Under the pieces are notes generated by a model. That model saw only the letters and a program-made list of their open reading frames with translations. It made no database searches and had not been told where the DNA came from. This document shows, one piece after another, positions 39,367-52,767 of a stretch of 64,000 nucleotides of DNA; position 1 is the stretch's first letter; every line of letters starts with the position of its first letter. The DNA is from Octopus sinensis (lineage: Eukaryota), in the NCBI RefSeq assembly GCF_006345805.1, contig NW_021830455.1, forward strand, positions 1-64,000. The letters are read 5' to 3'. Made by a program: the position numbers and the translations under genes.

Positions 39367-40260
39367 GACTACCGCCACCGCTACCACCACTTCCACCACC
39401 ACCACCACCACCACCACCACCACCACCACCACCACTTCCACCACCACCACCATCATCACCACCTTCACCACCACTTTCACCACCACCGCCGCCGCCACCA
39501 CCACCACCACCACCACCAACACCACCACCACTTCCACCACCACCACCATCATCACCACCTTCACCACCACTTTCACCACCACCGCCGCCGCCACCACCAC
39601 CACCACCACCACCACCACCACCACTTCCACCACCACCATCATCACCACCTTCACCACCACTTTCACCACCACCGCCGCCGCCACCGTTGCCACTACCAAA
39701 GCCACCATCCCCACTCAAATCACACCCGTCACCTCTACGAGTAACTGTAGCACCCCTACACGCCACACCAAGCAGTACCACCATCACCATCGCTATCACC
39801 ACTGCCAGCCTGCAATACCACCATCAACACCACCATCCCCATCACTATGGTGTCAACCACCACTGCCACCACTTACAACAACATCGGCGCCACCAACATC
39901 ATCACCACGAAACAATACTACCACCTCCACCACCTAAGACAGCACCGCCACCATCTACAACAACACCGCCACTACCATCACCACCACCACCACCATCAAA
40001 ACCATGCTAACAACCACCGCCACCACCGCCACCGCCGCCACCAGCTACAACAGTACTGCCACCATCTACACCAACACCGCCACCACCAACGTCAAGACCA
40101 CAAACAACACCACCACCACCATCATCATCGCTACCATACCAATCACAACCGCCACCATCTACGACAGCACCGCCACAATGTACAACAGCACCGTCACCAC
40201 CAACATCACCACTGCAAAACAATACCACCACAAACACCACCACCACCACCACCAACTAGT
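39367..40260. repeat. (ACC)-rich tract with three higher-order units of 93-96 bp
   Basis: Block ACTTCC(ACC)nATCATCACCACCTTCACCACCACTTTCACCACCACCGCCGCCGCC starts at 39434, 39530 and 39623. Confidence 0.9.
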
Positions 40261-40567
40261 TATGAAATCGTAATTATGTGAAATTAAAAAGCCACAAAAA
40301 AGCGAGGAAAAGGTGCCGTGAATAAGCTAATCACGGCAACCATCAGTGTTGGCGTTTGACTCCATTTCAAAGTCCACTTGATCAACAATTTTAATATCTG
40401 AAAGGATCAGTGATTCCAATAATAGATGGCGTTCGCCGACCAACAAAATATACTGGCGTGTACCACGACCTACGCATACACACACACACGCATACATCAC
40501 CTACATCACCTACATATACAGACACGCATATACATACATGCACACATACACGCAATCGCATAGTCAC

Positions 40568-40641
<74 letters not shown>

Positions 40642-40722
40642 ATACATACATATATGTGTGTGTGTTTGTGTATACGTGTATATACATATATATATGGATA
40701 TATATATATGTATATATGTACC

Positions 40723-40765
<43 letters not shown>

Positions 40766-40766
40766 A

Positions 40767-40823
<57 letters not shown>

Positions 40824-41286
40824 TATGCATATATGTATATATATATATATATATATATTTAGATGTATATGTAAGAGAAAGGGAGGAAGAAAAGCAGAGG
40901 GGGGAACATAAACATGTCCGTACAAATATAAAAATACAAGAGAACCACACAAACGCCCACAATTCCACACGTATATATACACGCATAGAAAAGCACACAA
41001 GCATATACCTACATACATACATGCATACATACATACGTACACGTATACGCATATACACATGTATACATGCAAGCATAAAACTCATGTACACCAACGAATA
41101 GAAGTACGCAGATACATACACACGGACACATACGCACATACACATTCACAGACGCAAACACGTACATATATATGTTTGCACATACACACATATACAAGCA
41201 TTCTTTCTTCAGGTTTGGATGTAGTTTTGATTTATTTCTTCTATTGTATCCGTTGTTATTTTGGCGGGGGGAGGGGGGCGTTCTTT

Positions 41287-41317
<31 letters not shown>

Positions 41318-41464
41318 ATATGTGTGTGTGTTTGTTTTAATATCAACAATGAATCAATAAATAAATAAATAATAGTCGAGATCGAACAGTTTGGAAATTT
41401 TCCGATAAAAGCAATAAAATATGGAGAAAATATATAAAAAAAAAACCGCAGAAAGAAAGAAGGA

Positions 41465-41496
<32 letters not shown>

Positions 41497-41940
41497 AGGA
41501 ACGAATGCGTCTCCAAGAAGACTGTCAGAAGGAACGAGAAAGACAGAGTGGAAGAGAGAGAGGAATTGGAAAGACGAAGAAATGGGGAGAGATTTACAGT
41601 TCTCGCCTCCTGGAATCTCTAAGATATTGGTGAAAATGGCTTAAAAAATAAACATATAAATGTATAATACAAGAATATCTGAAGAAAAAAAATAATATAA
41701 TATAATATAATATAATATAATATAATATAATATAATATTAATCACATGCGGTTATTAAAGTTGCAACAACTATAAAACTAGCTGGATATAGTGGAGTGTC
41801 TTTAAAGATATCATATTAAAAGAATGCTTGCTACTTGGATATCAAAAGATCAATGAAATTTTCATTCTACCGCCCAACGCCGAATGTTTTCGGTGAAGAT
41901 CGACGCAATTTAGTTCAGACCTACATTTTATGGCATTCCT

Positions 41941-41983
41941 GATATTATTATTATTACTATTATTATTACTATCATCATCATCA

Positions 41984-42023
<40 letters not shown>

Positions 42024-42038
42024 TACTACTACTACTAC

Positions 42039-42078
<40 letters not shown>

Positions 42079-42251
42079 GTTACTATTATTATTATTATTA
42101 TTACTACTATTATTATTATTATTATTATTATTATTGTTACTATTATTATTATTATTATTATTATTGTTACTATTATTATTATTATTATTACTACTATTAT
42201 TATTATTATTATTATTATTATTGTTACTATTATTATTATTATTACTACTAC

Positions 42252-42300
<49 letters not shown>

Positions 42301-42318
42301 GTTGTTGTTTTTGTTGTA
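41941..42318. repeat. Long interrupted (TAT)n, i.e. (TAA)n on the minus strand
   Basis: Direct reading; lies at the 3' end of the adjacent RLE element. Confidence 0.97.
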
Positions 42319-42319
42319 A

Positions 42320-42690
42320 TTTTTTTTCTTACTCTGGGTTATCTATGTCACGTCTCACCTTCTTCTCGCCTCTTGGAGACAGAACACTTTTCTCGACATA
42401 TATGATGTTGCGAGTATTACTTCCAACTGTGTTCTTCCTATGATGTTTGGTAATTCCAGGTTTTCGTGCAAGAACATTACTTCCCATCAGTTGTTCCCGA
42501 ATGCACCGACCACGATAAGTATTGAATTCAGTTTTTGACGATCTGTTGATGTGTTTTACTTCCAGTTCTACGTTTGGACATTTTCGACTTTCTCCTTCTC
42601 TGTCTTCGCAATATTCTGGTCTGCAGTTATAAGCTACTTCGACGAAAAGGCCTATTGTTCGGACTCCTCCCGCCGTAGAATGATATTTGG
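42320..42690 (-). mobile_element. 3' end of an R4/Dong-like RLE retrotransposon, decayed
   Basis: Frameshifted minus-strand translation PNIILRREE...EVA/ITADQNIAKTEKEKVE/..ELEVKHINR../SILIVVGAFG../ENLELPNIIGRTQLEVILATSYMSRKVF fits the RLE consensus (D.NI..KE.EK..KY, PIVVGALG, LLGTA.ILRKVL); runs into (TAA)n. Confidence 0.78.
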
Positions 42691-43206
42691 TCGGTTGTCT
42701 AGTGGAACCATCGAGGGAAGCCGCTGAGTGACCGCCTGACTTGCTTGAAATATCAGCCCAATCTACTTACATCTCACGGAAGATATAAACAGAGGAAGGC
42801 CAAATTGGGTCGTCCTTGTTCCTGTTTATTACCAAGTTAGCTCTGATTAATTACAATTGTGAAATGGCGTTCCAGCCATGACCATTGCCATTTTTTTAGC
42901 CTTGACTATCTCGGACTACACCAATCACTGTCCTATTTTAGGCTTAAGTTTGTAATTTAGCGGAGCTTTGACTTCTATTTCTAAGATAATACGTCTCTGG
43001 TGAGGCTTACTCATTGACCTCTAGTATTTCCTCAATCTACTGGATAATGTAATCCTAGAATTCACTGGGTCTAAAAGGATAGTCATGGTTGGATTGCAAG
43101 TTGTTCAGTCATATTTGCCTCCAGCAGCAACACGGTTGATCATCAACGATCCATAATTGTTTACCACATATATTAAAATAACAATGAATCTAATTATTTC
43201 AGTATA

Positions 43207-43593
43207 GGCGCAGGAGCGGCTGTGTGGTAAGTAGCTTGCTTACCAACCACATGGTTCCAGGTTCAGTCCCACTGCGTGACACCTTGGGCAAGTGTCTTCT
43301 GCTATAGCCTCGGGCCGACCAAAGCCTTGTGAGTGGATTTGGTAGACGGAAACTGAAAGAAGCCCGTCGTATATATGTATATATATGTGTGTCTGTGTTT
43401 GTCCCCCCGACATCGCTTGACAAAGGACGCCTGTGTGTTTACGTCCCGGTAACTTAGCGGTTAGGCAAAAGAGACCGATAGAATAAGTACTGGGCTTACA
43501 AAGAATAAGTCCTGGGGTCGATTTGCTCGACTAAAGGCGGTGCTCCAGCAAGGCCGCAGTCAAATAACTGAAACAAGTAAAAGAGTAAAAGAG
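43207..43593 (+). mobile_element. SINE family A, near-consensus full length
   Basis: GGCGCAGGAGCGGCTGTGTGG...GTAAAAGAGTAAAAGAG; possible 6 bp TSD AGTATA. Confidence 0.95.
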
Positions 43594-43897
43594 AGTATAG
43601 GATGCATTTGTTAATTTATAATCATGAACTGGAAAGCCCAAGGATTGCAGCGAGGGGCAGGAATCTAACGTTTTATCCGTGCAGTGTTTTCGATTTGAAA
43701 GTACGTAGTGCTTCCGTTAACAGTATAGCAATTGTCTTGTAGTGCTACAGAAAGAAATTAGACTCCTGCGTCTCCAGTTAGGAAAGATTTATGATCTACG
43801 TCCATGGATGTTTGATGTTAAGTGTGTAGGCTGCGTTTGGACGAATCTTGTCAGTGAAAGATTAAAGATAAGTTAAAGGTGTTAAATATTTACATCA

Positions 43898-43972
<75 letters not shown>

Positions 43973-44843
43973 TGAAGATTAAAAATGTATATCAGAAATG
44001 GAAAAATGGAGAAGTGTGGGCGAGCTAACTGAAGTGTATAAAAACAAAAACGAACAGAGATGGATAATGCTAGATGACGTACAGTTGAATCTGTTAGAGA
44101 ATTCATGTGTCTAGGTTTCGAACACTTCGTTAATGTAAATGGCAACTGGGTTGTTTTTACTAAACTTTTCAATAAAAACAGAGAGCAAAAAGAGTATTAA
44201 TAAGTAATACATCCGGAGAGATCCAAATCCTTTTTTTCCACGCCAGGTTCATACGATAACAAAAACTAAAATTGCCGCTAAAATAGAGTTCGATGGTAAA
44301 TAGTCTTGTGCACCGTGACTCAACCCAACTGCAACAACGACAGAATATGTTTAATACACACAAATATAACGAGGGTAGCAATCGAAGCACCAATAGACAG
44401 GCTAGTAGTTCAATGCTCATGTCAAATGTATCAATAATTTGATTATAGATTTTGATCGGAAATTTTGTATAATGGTTGAGCATGAACACGTTAACATGGA
44501 AAGCAAAACACAAATATGGCGGCGAATGCAAGTTAATGTTCTGTCCAAATTACGGAAAAATACAGTCGAGTGGATAGTCAATTGCTCGACTGGTTCAAAG
44601 GTTTTAAAGACAGTTGTTTAATTTGATAACATGCTGATTTCTCAGATAACTAATCGATATATTTGGCGTTTGTATGGGTGATTCTGATACTTCGTTGCAT
44701 CTTATCTGGGCGGAAGAATCGTTGTGCGTTTACGAAGTCCGCTTCGCAATCATCTGATTGGGAATTCCATTCTTTCAAAATTGGCCAATGTCATACGATG
44801 GAAATTGATTTCGTAGCGAAAATTCAGGGAAGAACCTGTGTGA

Positions 44844-44937
<94 letters not shown>

Positions 44938-45629
44938 CAAACACCAAGAAATATATATATACTTATATATATTTATATATATAATATATATATATATATA
45001 TTATTACTAACTATATTTATATATGTATATATATATATGTGTGTGCATGTATGTATAAATATATATGCATATGCACGGCGTATACGCGTCTGCATTCACA
45101 GGTTTTGAAAACATGAATGAAATGTTACATATATAACTTACCTGATATATTTTATAAATTTATTTCGAGGTTGTATGTTTTGTTTCCATCACCGCTCTAT
45201 GTCTGCTGTTCACACACACACACACGCACACACACACACACACACATACACACACCTACGTGTAAGCAAACAGATTATCTGCTCTTAGCTTGAACTCAGA
45301 ACACACAAGTTGACGCTCCAGACACACTGGGTCATTATTTTATTTCTGCTTGAAAACAACGTGTGTGAACCTAACCAAACGCCCATCCATCCATACAAAC
45401 ATCCATCAACACTCTCACACACACACACACACACATCACAATCAAGACAAAACAACGAACCGAATGAAAAAAATAACTACACAATAAAAGTTGATAAATT
45501 GGCTAACGGAGATTCTGTTTTAATGAATGAATTTTAAAACGAAATCTAAAACGAAATCTAAACCGACCAACTTCAACACTGCGAACCAAACCAATAATAG
45601 TGACAGCACCAGCGGCTAAAACAATATCG

Positions 45630-45895
<266 letters not shown>

Positions 45896-47619
45896 TCGGT
45901 TAGAAGATTTTCTTGCTACCTTTTCTAAAATAAGACAATAAACACTCAGCGCAATTACCAAACACTGTTTTTCCTTCTTTCTTTTTTCTGTTTCGTTTCT
46001 TTCAAGCCTGGAAGTTAAAATAATGATCATGGTAATAATTATAAGATTAATAAGAAGATCAGCAAGTATACAAACAGCGACCACCACCATCGCTAACGAC
46101 ACCAGCGCCACGCATCGGCAGCGCCGCCATTACTAATAAACAGGAGGGAATAATTTCTTTTCTCATTAAAATTCTGCAAAAATAAGACAACCAAAAGCCG
46201 CCTCTGAATTCCAAGACGGTTTTTATTTTCATTAAAGTAGCATTAGTATTTCTGTTTGTTTTACTGCTTGAATACTAATATGAGGCCACAGATCTCTTTA
46301 ATTAGCTGGTGGGACTTGCTTGTTTGTTTTTCATTTCATTTTTAGCTTTCTTTTTGTTTTTCTTTTTTTCTGTTTTTCTGTTCGTTTATATTCGTCTCGT
46401 CATTTTATATCATTACTTCAATATTATGGTGTTTGTTTATAAGCAGTGGTGGCACGGAGAAGAAACGAACAAAAAAAAAATGGGGAAAAAAGAAAAGATA
46501 AGAAACATAATAAATAAATTGAATATTCTCAGTAAAAATTCTAATTTCGTGGCTGAAAATTGATAAAATGTGTGAAGTAGATTGGTTTACTTCGATCTGA
46601 GTTTCTTTCTCGTTCATGAATGAATTCATTTGCTATTATAAACTATAGAGAGAAGATGAGAAGAAGCAACATAAGTAAATAAATGCAATAAAAGACAGCC
46701 AAGCTTCCAGCTTATGATAATGTTTTGTTATTTAATATTTGCAGCTCTGCCTAGGAAAGACTTATCAATATATATCCATATGTATTTATTTGATACAAAG
46801 TTATTAAGTAGTACGGCTGCTGTAGCGAGTGCTTTCAGATATAGCATGTTATCTATTTGGAAATAGAATATTAATGACAATAGAAGGAGGGCCAGATGTA
46901 AGTAGAAAGAAATAAGATAAATATATTATGATGTGAAGATGAGCTGAAAGAAGAAAATAAAAAATAATATATATATATATCATCAATTTTCAATGAAGTA
47001 TCGCTAAGCCACGCTTACATCACCTTACGTTCTTTCTCTGATGCAGATTACATCCTCTCTATTTTCATGGAATTCACATGAGACGTTTATTAACATTATA
47101 GAATGATGCAGGTAAGTAAGAGATTATTAGCAAAGGAGCTTTGTTCTGCATTTCAAATCATCTTACTCCCCCCCACCTTTTTTCTCTCTCTTTTACATTC
47201 AAATATCTACATTTTGTGGAGAAATATATTGCTCCATAAAATTGTCTCGTTACATTAAGAATCAATTAGATTAAGGACCTATCAGGAAAAGCACAAAATC
47301 ATCCTCCACGTTGTAAAACGTAACTCCACTCGATGTTGTTTGCTAATGAGATACGAATAAGACGACTAGACATATGACTCAAGTATTAGATATCCTTACA
47401 TATCATATATATACATTTTCTATAATTGAGCTTCTTTAGCAATTTAATAATTTACCCATTCGGGTCGATCACATTATTTATAAGTGTTCACAATTTCTCT
47501 ATAAGCCAGAGACAACCAACTTTTCCAGTCCTATTACTGAAATAAAATCCAATCACTTATATTTCAAACCATCTGTGGCGTAGTAATCTAATAGATGGTA
47601 CATTCGGTTATCTGAGTTA

Positions 47620-47890
47620 TTAAACTATTGGAGCAAAAGAAAAAAAGTAGCAGTCAAAATATTGATAACACCAGGAAAGGAAAAACAACGTCTCGAGCTC
47701 GAATCGTGCATTCGAGAGAGACAAAAGACAGTCCATATACTGCAGATGAAATGCATCGAAAATGAGTCCTAGTAATGGAGGCCGGAAGTTGATTGATTGG
47801 CTGAGAGTAGTTAAAGAATGTGGAAATGGATGAGAGTGTAAAAATCGGAGAGCTGTCGCAGTACGTTTGTTAGAGAGAGAGTGCATGGCT
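47620..47890 (-). mobile_element. Possible CR1/Jockey-like LINE C-terminal relic
   Basis: HSLSNKRTATALRFLH...LSQSINFRPP weakly recalls the L.SL..RR....L.FL...INFR.P pattern that follows the RT domain; recalled similarity only. Confidence 0.25.
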
Positions 47891-48683
47891 TCTTTGCAAA
47901 ACTAGACTGCGTTTTAGAACAATCAGTCCATCAGTCCCCCTACATACTGTGCTTTTAAGACAGTGAGGTGATGTTCCTGCGAGGTTAGGTTGTTCGGAAT
48001 GTTGAGCAAGTATGAAGACACTCTCTCGTTTAGGTTACTGCGTTGATTATGTTGCATGAAACTCTGAATGTTTCTGCAATTTTGACGTTCAGAAGAAGAG
48101 TAATGAGATTGCGTTATCCAGCTGGAAACTATAAATATGAAGTGGAAGAAATAATTGATTTCTGATTTCTATGAATGTCAGACAATCTTTGTTGTGAGAC
48201 TGAGAATGTGCCTAGTCTCACCATTACAGTTTATTTCTCGTATGCAAAATCACTGGAGACTACTGACTTTAAAAAAGAAAAAGAGTGACATTCGATACTG
48301 AAATACAAAATATGCATTGTCCAAGAGGATGGATGGCCAAGAATGGAATCCTTTGGTTCTAAATTGTGATCAGTTAGAAGTGATCTAATACAAAACAACG
48401 ACACAAACAATCCGAATTTGAACGGCTGATATCATCATCTGGCCCGAATTAACTATCGAGCATAAAATATATAAGAAGCTGTAGTAACAATGGACTCCGT
48501 CGATTGAATGGTATTGAGTTCAATTCCACTCAGTAGAATAATTACTATTAAACACTCTGTTCAGGAATAGATGTTTCTCCTTTTCATGTCTGAGGAAGAA
48601 GCGGTTCTAAGAGTATTTTCTGTTCTCCACCCCCACCCCCCACAACCAAAAAAAAATCGAAGTTCGCCGTTAGAAATGTTGCC

Positions 48684-49020
48684 GCAGCAGCGGCTGTGTG
48701 GTAAGTAGTTTGCTTACCAACCTCATGGTTCTGGGTTCAGTCCCACTGCGTGACACCCTGGCCAAGTGTCTTCTACTATAGCTTCGGGTCGACCAAAGCT
48801 TTGTCAGGGGATTTGGTAGAGTGAAATTGAAAGAAGCCCGTCGTATATATGTATATGTATGTGTGTTTGTGTATCTGTATTTGTCCCCCCAACATCGCTT
48901 GACAACCGATGCTGGTGTGTTTACGTCTCCGTAACTTAGCGGTTCGGCAAAAGATACCGATAGAATAAGTACTAGGCTTACAAAGAATAAGTCCTGGGGT
49001 CGATTTGCTCGACTAAAGCC
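48684..49020 (+). mobile_element. SINE family A, 3' truncated by a family B copy
   Basis: Body intact to CGACTAAAG, then switches to GGTATTTCGTCCG. Confidence 0.92.
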
Positions 49021-49885
49021 GGTATTTCGTCCGTCTTATCAATCTGAGTTCAAATTCCGCCGAGATACGCTTTATATTTTCTCCTTCTGGGGTCGATAAA
49101 ATAAGTACCAGTTGAGCATTGGGTCGATATAATTGACTTACGCCCAGCCCCTAAATGACTGGCCTAGTACCAAAATTTGAAATGGTTATTATCAACCTTG
49201 GTTTAGGTGGAGAACGGACAAATTCTTAAGTACGTCGATCAAAATGCTTAGCGGCATTTCGCCCAACTTTGCGTTTTGAGTTCAAATGCTGCAGGGGGAT
49301 CAATTTGTTTTTTATTCTTTCGGGGTCAATAAAACAAATTCCAGTTGAACGCTGGGGTTGATGTAATCGACTTAACACCTTCCCTGAAATTGCTGGTCTT
49401 GTGCCAAAATTTGAAAGCATTATTCTCAACCTTGGAGTGATAAACAATAAACATCTGTTGGAATTGACATATTAGAAATTCTTTATTGCGACTCCCCATC
49501 GTGTTTGTTCATTGTATCACATTGTGTTCTTACTTGCCAAGATACACCACCATTTCGGTACATTATATCACACTACCAGTTGTAATCAACACGTCACGCT
49601 CTCGTCTTTACTTACATTACAGTTCCTATTTACAAGAGAATGTTGCAATTTCTTTTAATGCAGCATATTAAGGCGGTGAGCAGGCACGACAGTTAGCACG
49701 TCGGGCAAAAGTACTTGGCAGTTTTTCGTCCCTCTTTCCATCAGGATTTAAATTTCCCCGAGGACAACTTTGCCTTTCATTCATTGATGTTCGATAAAAA
49801 TAAGTACCAGTCATGTACTGGAGTCGATGTCATCGACATGCCCCACCTCGAAAATCACTGGCCTTGTGCCAAAGTTGCAAACTTA
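49021..49885 (+). mobile_element. Three diverged SINE family B copies (about 49021-49190, 49235-49425, 49670-49885)
   Basis: Each has a GAGTTCAAAT-like B box, a GGGGTCGATAAAATAAGTACCAG-like core and a GGCCTTGTGCCAAAATTTGAAA-like tail. Confidence 0.85.
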
Positions 49886-50096
49886 TATAAAACGTAATTT
49901 TTTTCTTTACGATCTGAGTTCAAATTTCATCAGGTTCAAATAACAGTCACCGCCCGTTTACGGTATCCACTGTATTTTTTGTTTAACCCTTTTGTCACCA
50001 TATTTCTGTTAAGATGCTCTGTGTTTCTTTCATTTATTTACTCTAAATTGTTAACAGATATTTTGCCTTCTTGTAACGAGGTGATATAGCTATGTT

Positions 50097-50494
50097 TAGA
50101 AGGCGGCGAGCTGGCAGAAGCGTTAGCACGCCGGGCGAAATGCCTAGCGGTAATTTCGTCTGTCGTTACATTCTGAGTTCAAATTCCGCCGAGGTCGTCT
50201 TTGCCTTTAATCCTTTCGGGGTCGATAAATTAAGTACCAGTTACGCACTGGTTCGATGTAATCGACTTAATCCGTTTGTCTGTCCTTGTTTATCCTCTCT
50301 GTGTTTAGCCACTTATGGGTAGTAAAGAAATAGGTATTTCCTTCAGCCGCTACATTCTGAGTTCAAATTCCACCGAGGTCGACCTTGCCTTTCATCCTTT
50401 TGGGTCGATGAAATAAATACCAGTTACACACCGGGGTCAATGAAATCCACTATCCCCCTCCCCAAATTTTAGGCCTTGTGCTTATAGTAGAAAG
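50097..50494 (+). mobile_element. Dimeric SINE family B (Meta-domain-like) with 14 bp TSD
   Basis: TSD GATATAGCTATGTT at 50083-50096 and 50495-50508; two tandem CTGAGTTCAAATTCC..GAGGTCG...GGGTCGAT units. Confidence 0.92.
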
Positions 50495-51022
50495 GATATA
50501 GCTATGTTCACGCAAATTATAGAGAAACATGTTCCATCGGGACAAATTCACTGGATTAAGTCTACACTAAAGAACTAGAATTAATCTGTCAAGAGCACTA
50601 GAACTGATGTGTTTAGCATACATTGTTATGTCCTTCAGTAGCATTTGCTGAGTATTCTTGGTTCCAAAATATACAGACCCAGCGCGTGAACCGAGGAGAA
50701 CTCACTACGGGAATTACAGCGATTCGCTGTATTACAACAATTCACTAAATTTGAGTCGGGCTATTGAGTGAAGTTATTATTGGTTGACGGGGAACGGAAA
50801 GCAAACGCAAATCTGCTGTTTGGGGTCAGGTTTTAGGGTCCGGTTTAGGGTTTTAGAGTTACGCCGAAAACAGTGTGGTGTGCGCATTCCTTACCTCTGC
50901 TTTGTTTAACACCAAATAATCTCTGATAGACAAAACTTATAACCACACACCTACGATGAATGTTTGTATGTGTGTGTGTGTGTGTATGTTTTCCGGTTTT
51001 TCAAATTTCTTTCCTTTCGTCC

Positions 51023-51058
51023 TTTTCTGTCGAAGAGCGTAGGCTCGAAACGTCAAAG
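51023..51058 (+). ncRNA. Minimal type I hammerhead-ribozyme-like motif, A6U core
   Basis: UUUU-CUGUCGA-A-GAGC(GUAG)GCUC-GAAA-CGU-C-AAAG. Confidence 0.6.
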
Positions 51059-51203
51059 ATTTTTTTATTTGTCCGAGCGTCAAACGAATGCAGTTGCTTA
51101 CGGTTTCCTCTCCCCTCTTTTGTTTACTGAGCATCTGAACTACACACACACGCAGACGCCAGCACACACAAACATTATACACACACATACATACATACAT
51201 ACA

Positions 51204-51285
<82 letters not shown>

Positions 51286-51388
51286 CGGAGTAAACACATA
51301 AATGTGAAACAAGGTGGAAAAAAGAGTACTCAAATACCAGTGGTAGATTAATATGCTTTATTTAAAGCAGCAGGAAATTCAACAAAAC

Positions 51389-51426
51389 CTGTTACTCTGA
51401 GTTTCACGTTGCTGTTCATCGGACAG
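51389..51426 (-). ncRNA. Type I hammerhead-ribozyme-like motif, U4C core, weak stem II
   Basis: Reverse complement CUGU-CCGAUGA-ACA(GCAA)CGU-GAA-ACUC(A)GAGU-A-ACAG: stem I CUGU/ACAG, helix III ACUC/GAGU, triplet GUA. Confidence 0.5.
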
Positions 51427-51432
51427 TTTTTG

Positions 51433-51476
<44 letters not shown>

Positions 51477-51536
51477 TAGCTCGACTAAATACGGTGCTCC
51501 AGCATGGCCACAGTCAGACAACTGAAGCAGGCAAAA

Positions 51537-51579
<43 letters not shown>

Positions 51580-52178
51580 GAGAAAAAGAGAAAGAAATTC
51601 ATTAACGTATAGATATATAAGTGTGGCGTGGGGATGGAAGGAGAGAGACGTAACACAGAAAGACACACATACCTGTATAAAAGTATTATTGTGCAGGTAA
51701 GTGCTTGATTGTATGGTTTAATTACAAAGTAACAAGAGAACGAACTGCGAATGCATAGAATGCAAAAGTATATGTTGATACAACTGGTTTGACATCAATC
51801 TGACTCTACACCATATACACACTTTCACATACAGAAATACATACCCACAAAAACAGAGACGCACACATACTATACCGATATGCCATGCATTCACATGCAC
51901 TCTAGACACATACACACACACACACACACACATACACACACACAGACGCTTACACTTCTAAATACATTGCGATATAAATCAATTGATAGCTTGATAGACA
52001 GGTTAAGTACTCCGGCGAATTACAATGTTTCTCCTAAATGTATGCGTCTATTTTACATAATTGCAGGGAATATACATCAGATATTTAATCAGTTATATAT
52101 ATATGTATATAAATAAACATATACATATAAACATATATATATATATATGTATAAGGTTTTCTCACTTTCACTCACTTC

Positions 52179-52216
<38 letters not shown>

Positions 52217-52529
52217 CTGTGAGTGTGTGTGTATAGATAGATAGATACATACATATATGTATTATAATTATACATCTTGTGCATTATATATACATGTATA
52301 CAAACATATATTTATATCTCTCTATTTCTCTCTGTCTCTGTCCGTCTGTCTCTCTCTCTCTCTCTCTCTCCTCTCTCTTCTCTATATATATATATATATA
52401 TAATCATATATGTATACTATATAATATATATATATATATGTATACATATATACATGCATATATATATACATATACATATATACATGCATGCATATATATC
52501 TATACATATATTTATATCTCTATACATAC

Positions 52530-52561
<32 letters not shown>

Positions 52562-52562
52562 C

Positions 52563-52611
<49 letters not shown>

Positions 52612-52733
52612 AACCAACCAAATGCGCACATATATTCATATATATGTATGTAAGCATATATGTGTGTGTGTCTGAGTGCGTTATTTGCGCGTGTCTGGAT
52701 ATCTGAATATGCATACATACATACATACATACA

Positions 52734-52767
<34 letters not shown>

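Noticed and set aside
50815-50865. Degenerate TTAGGG-like units (also near 12925)
   Set aside because: Only three or four imperfect units; not an interstitial telomere array.
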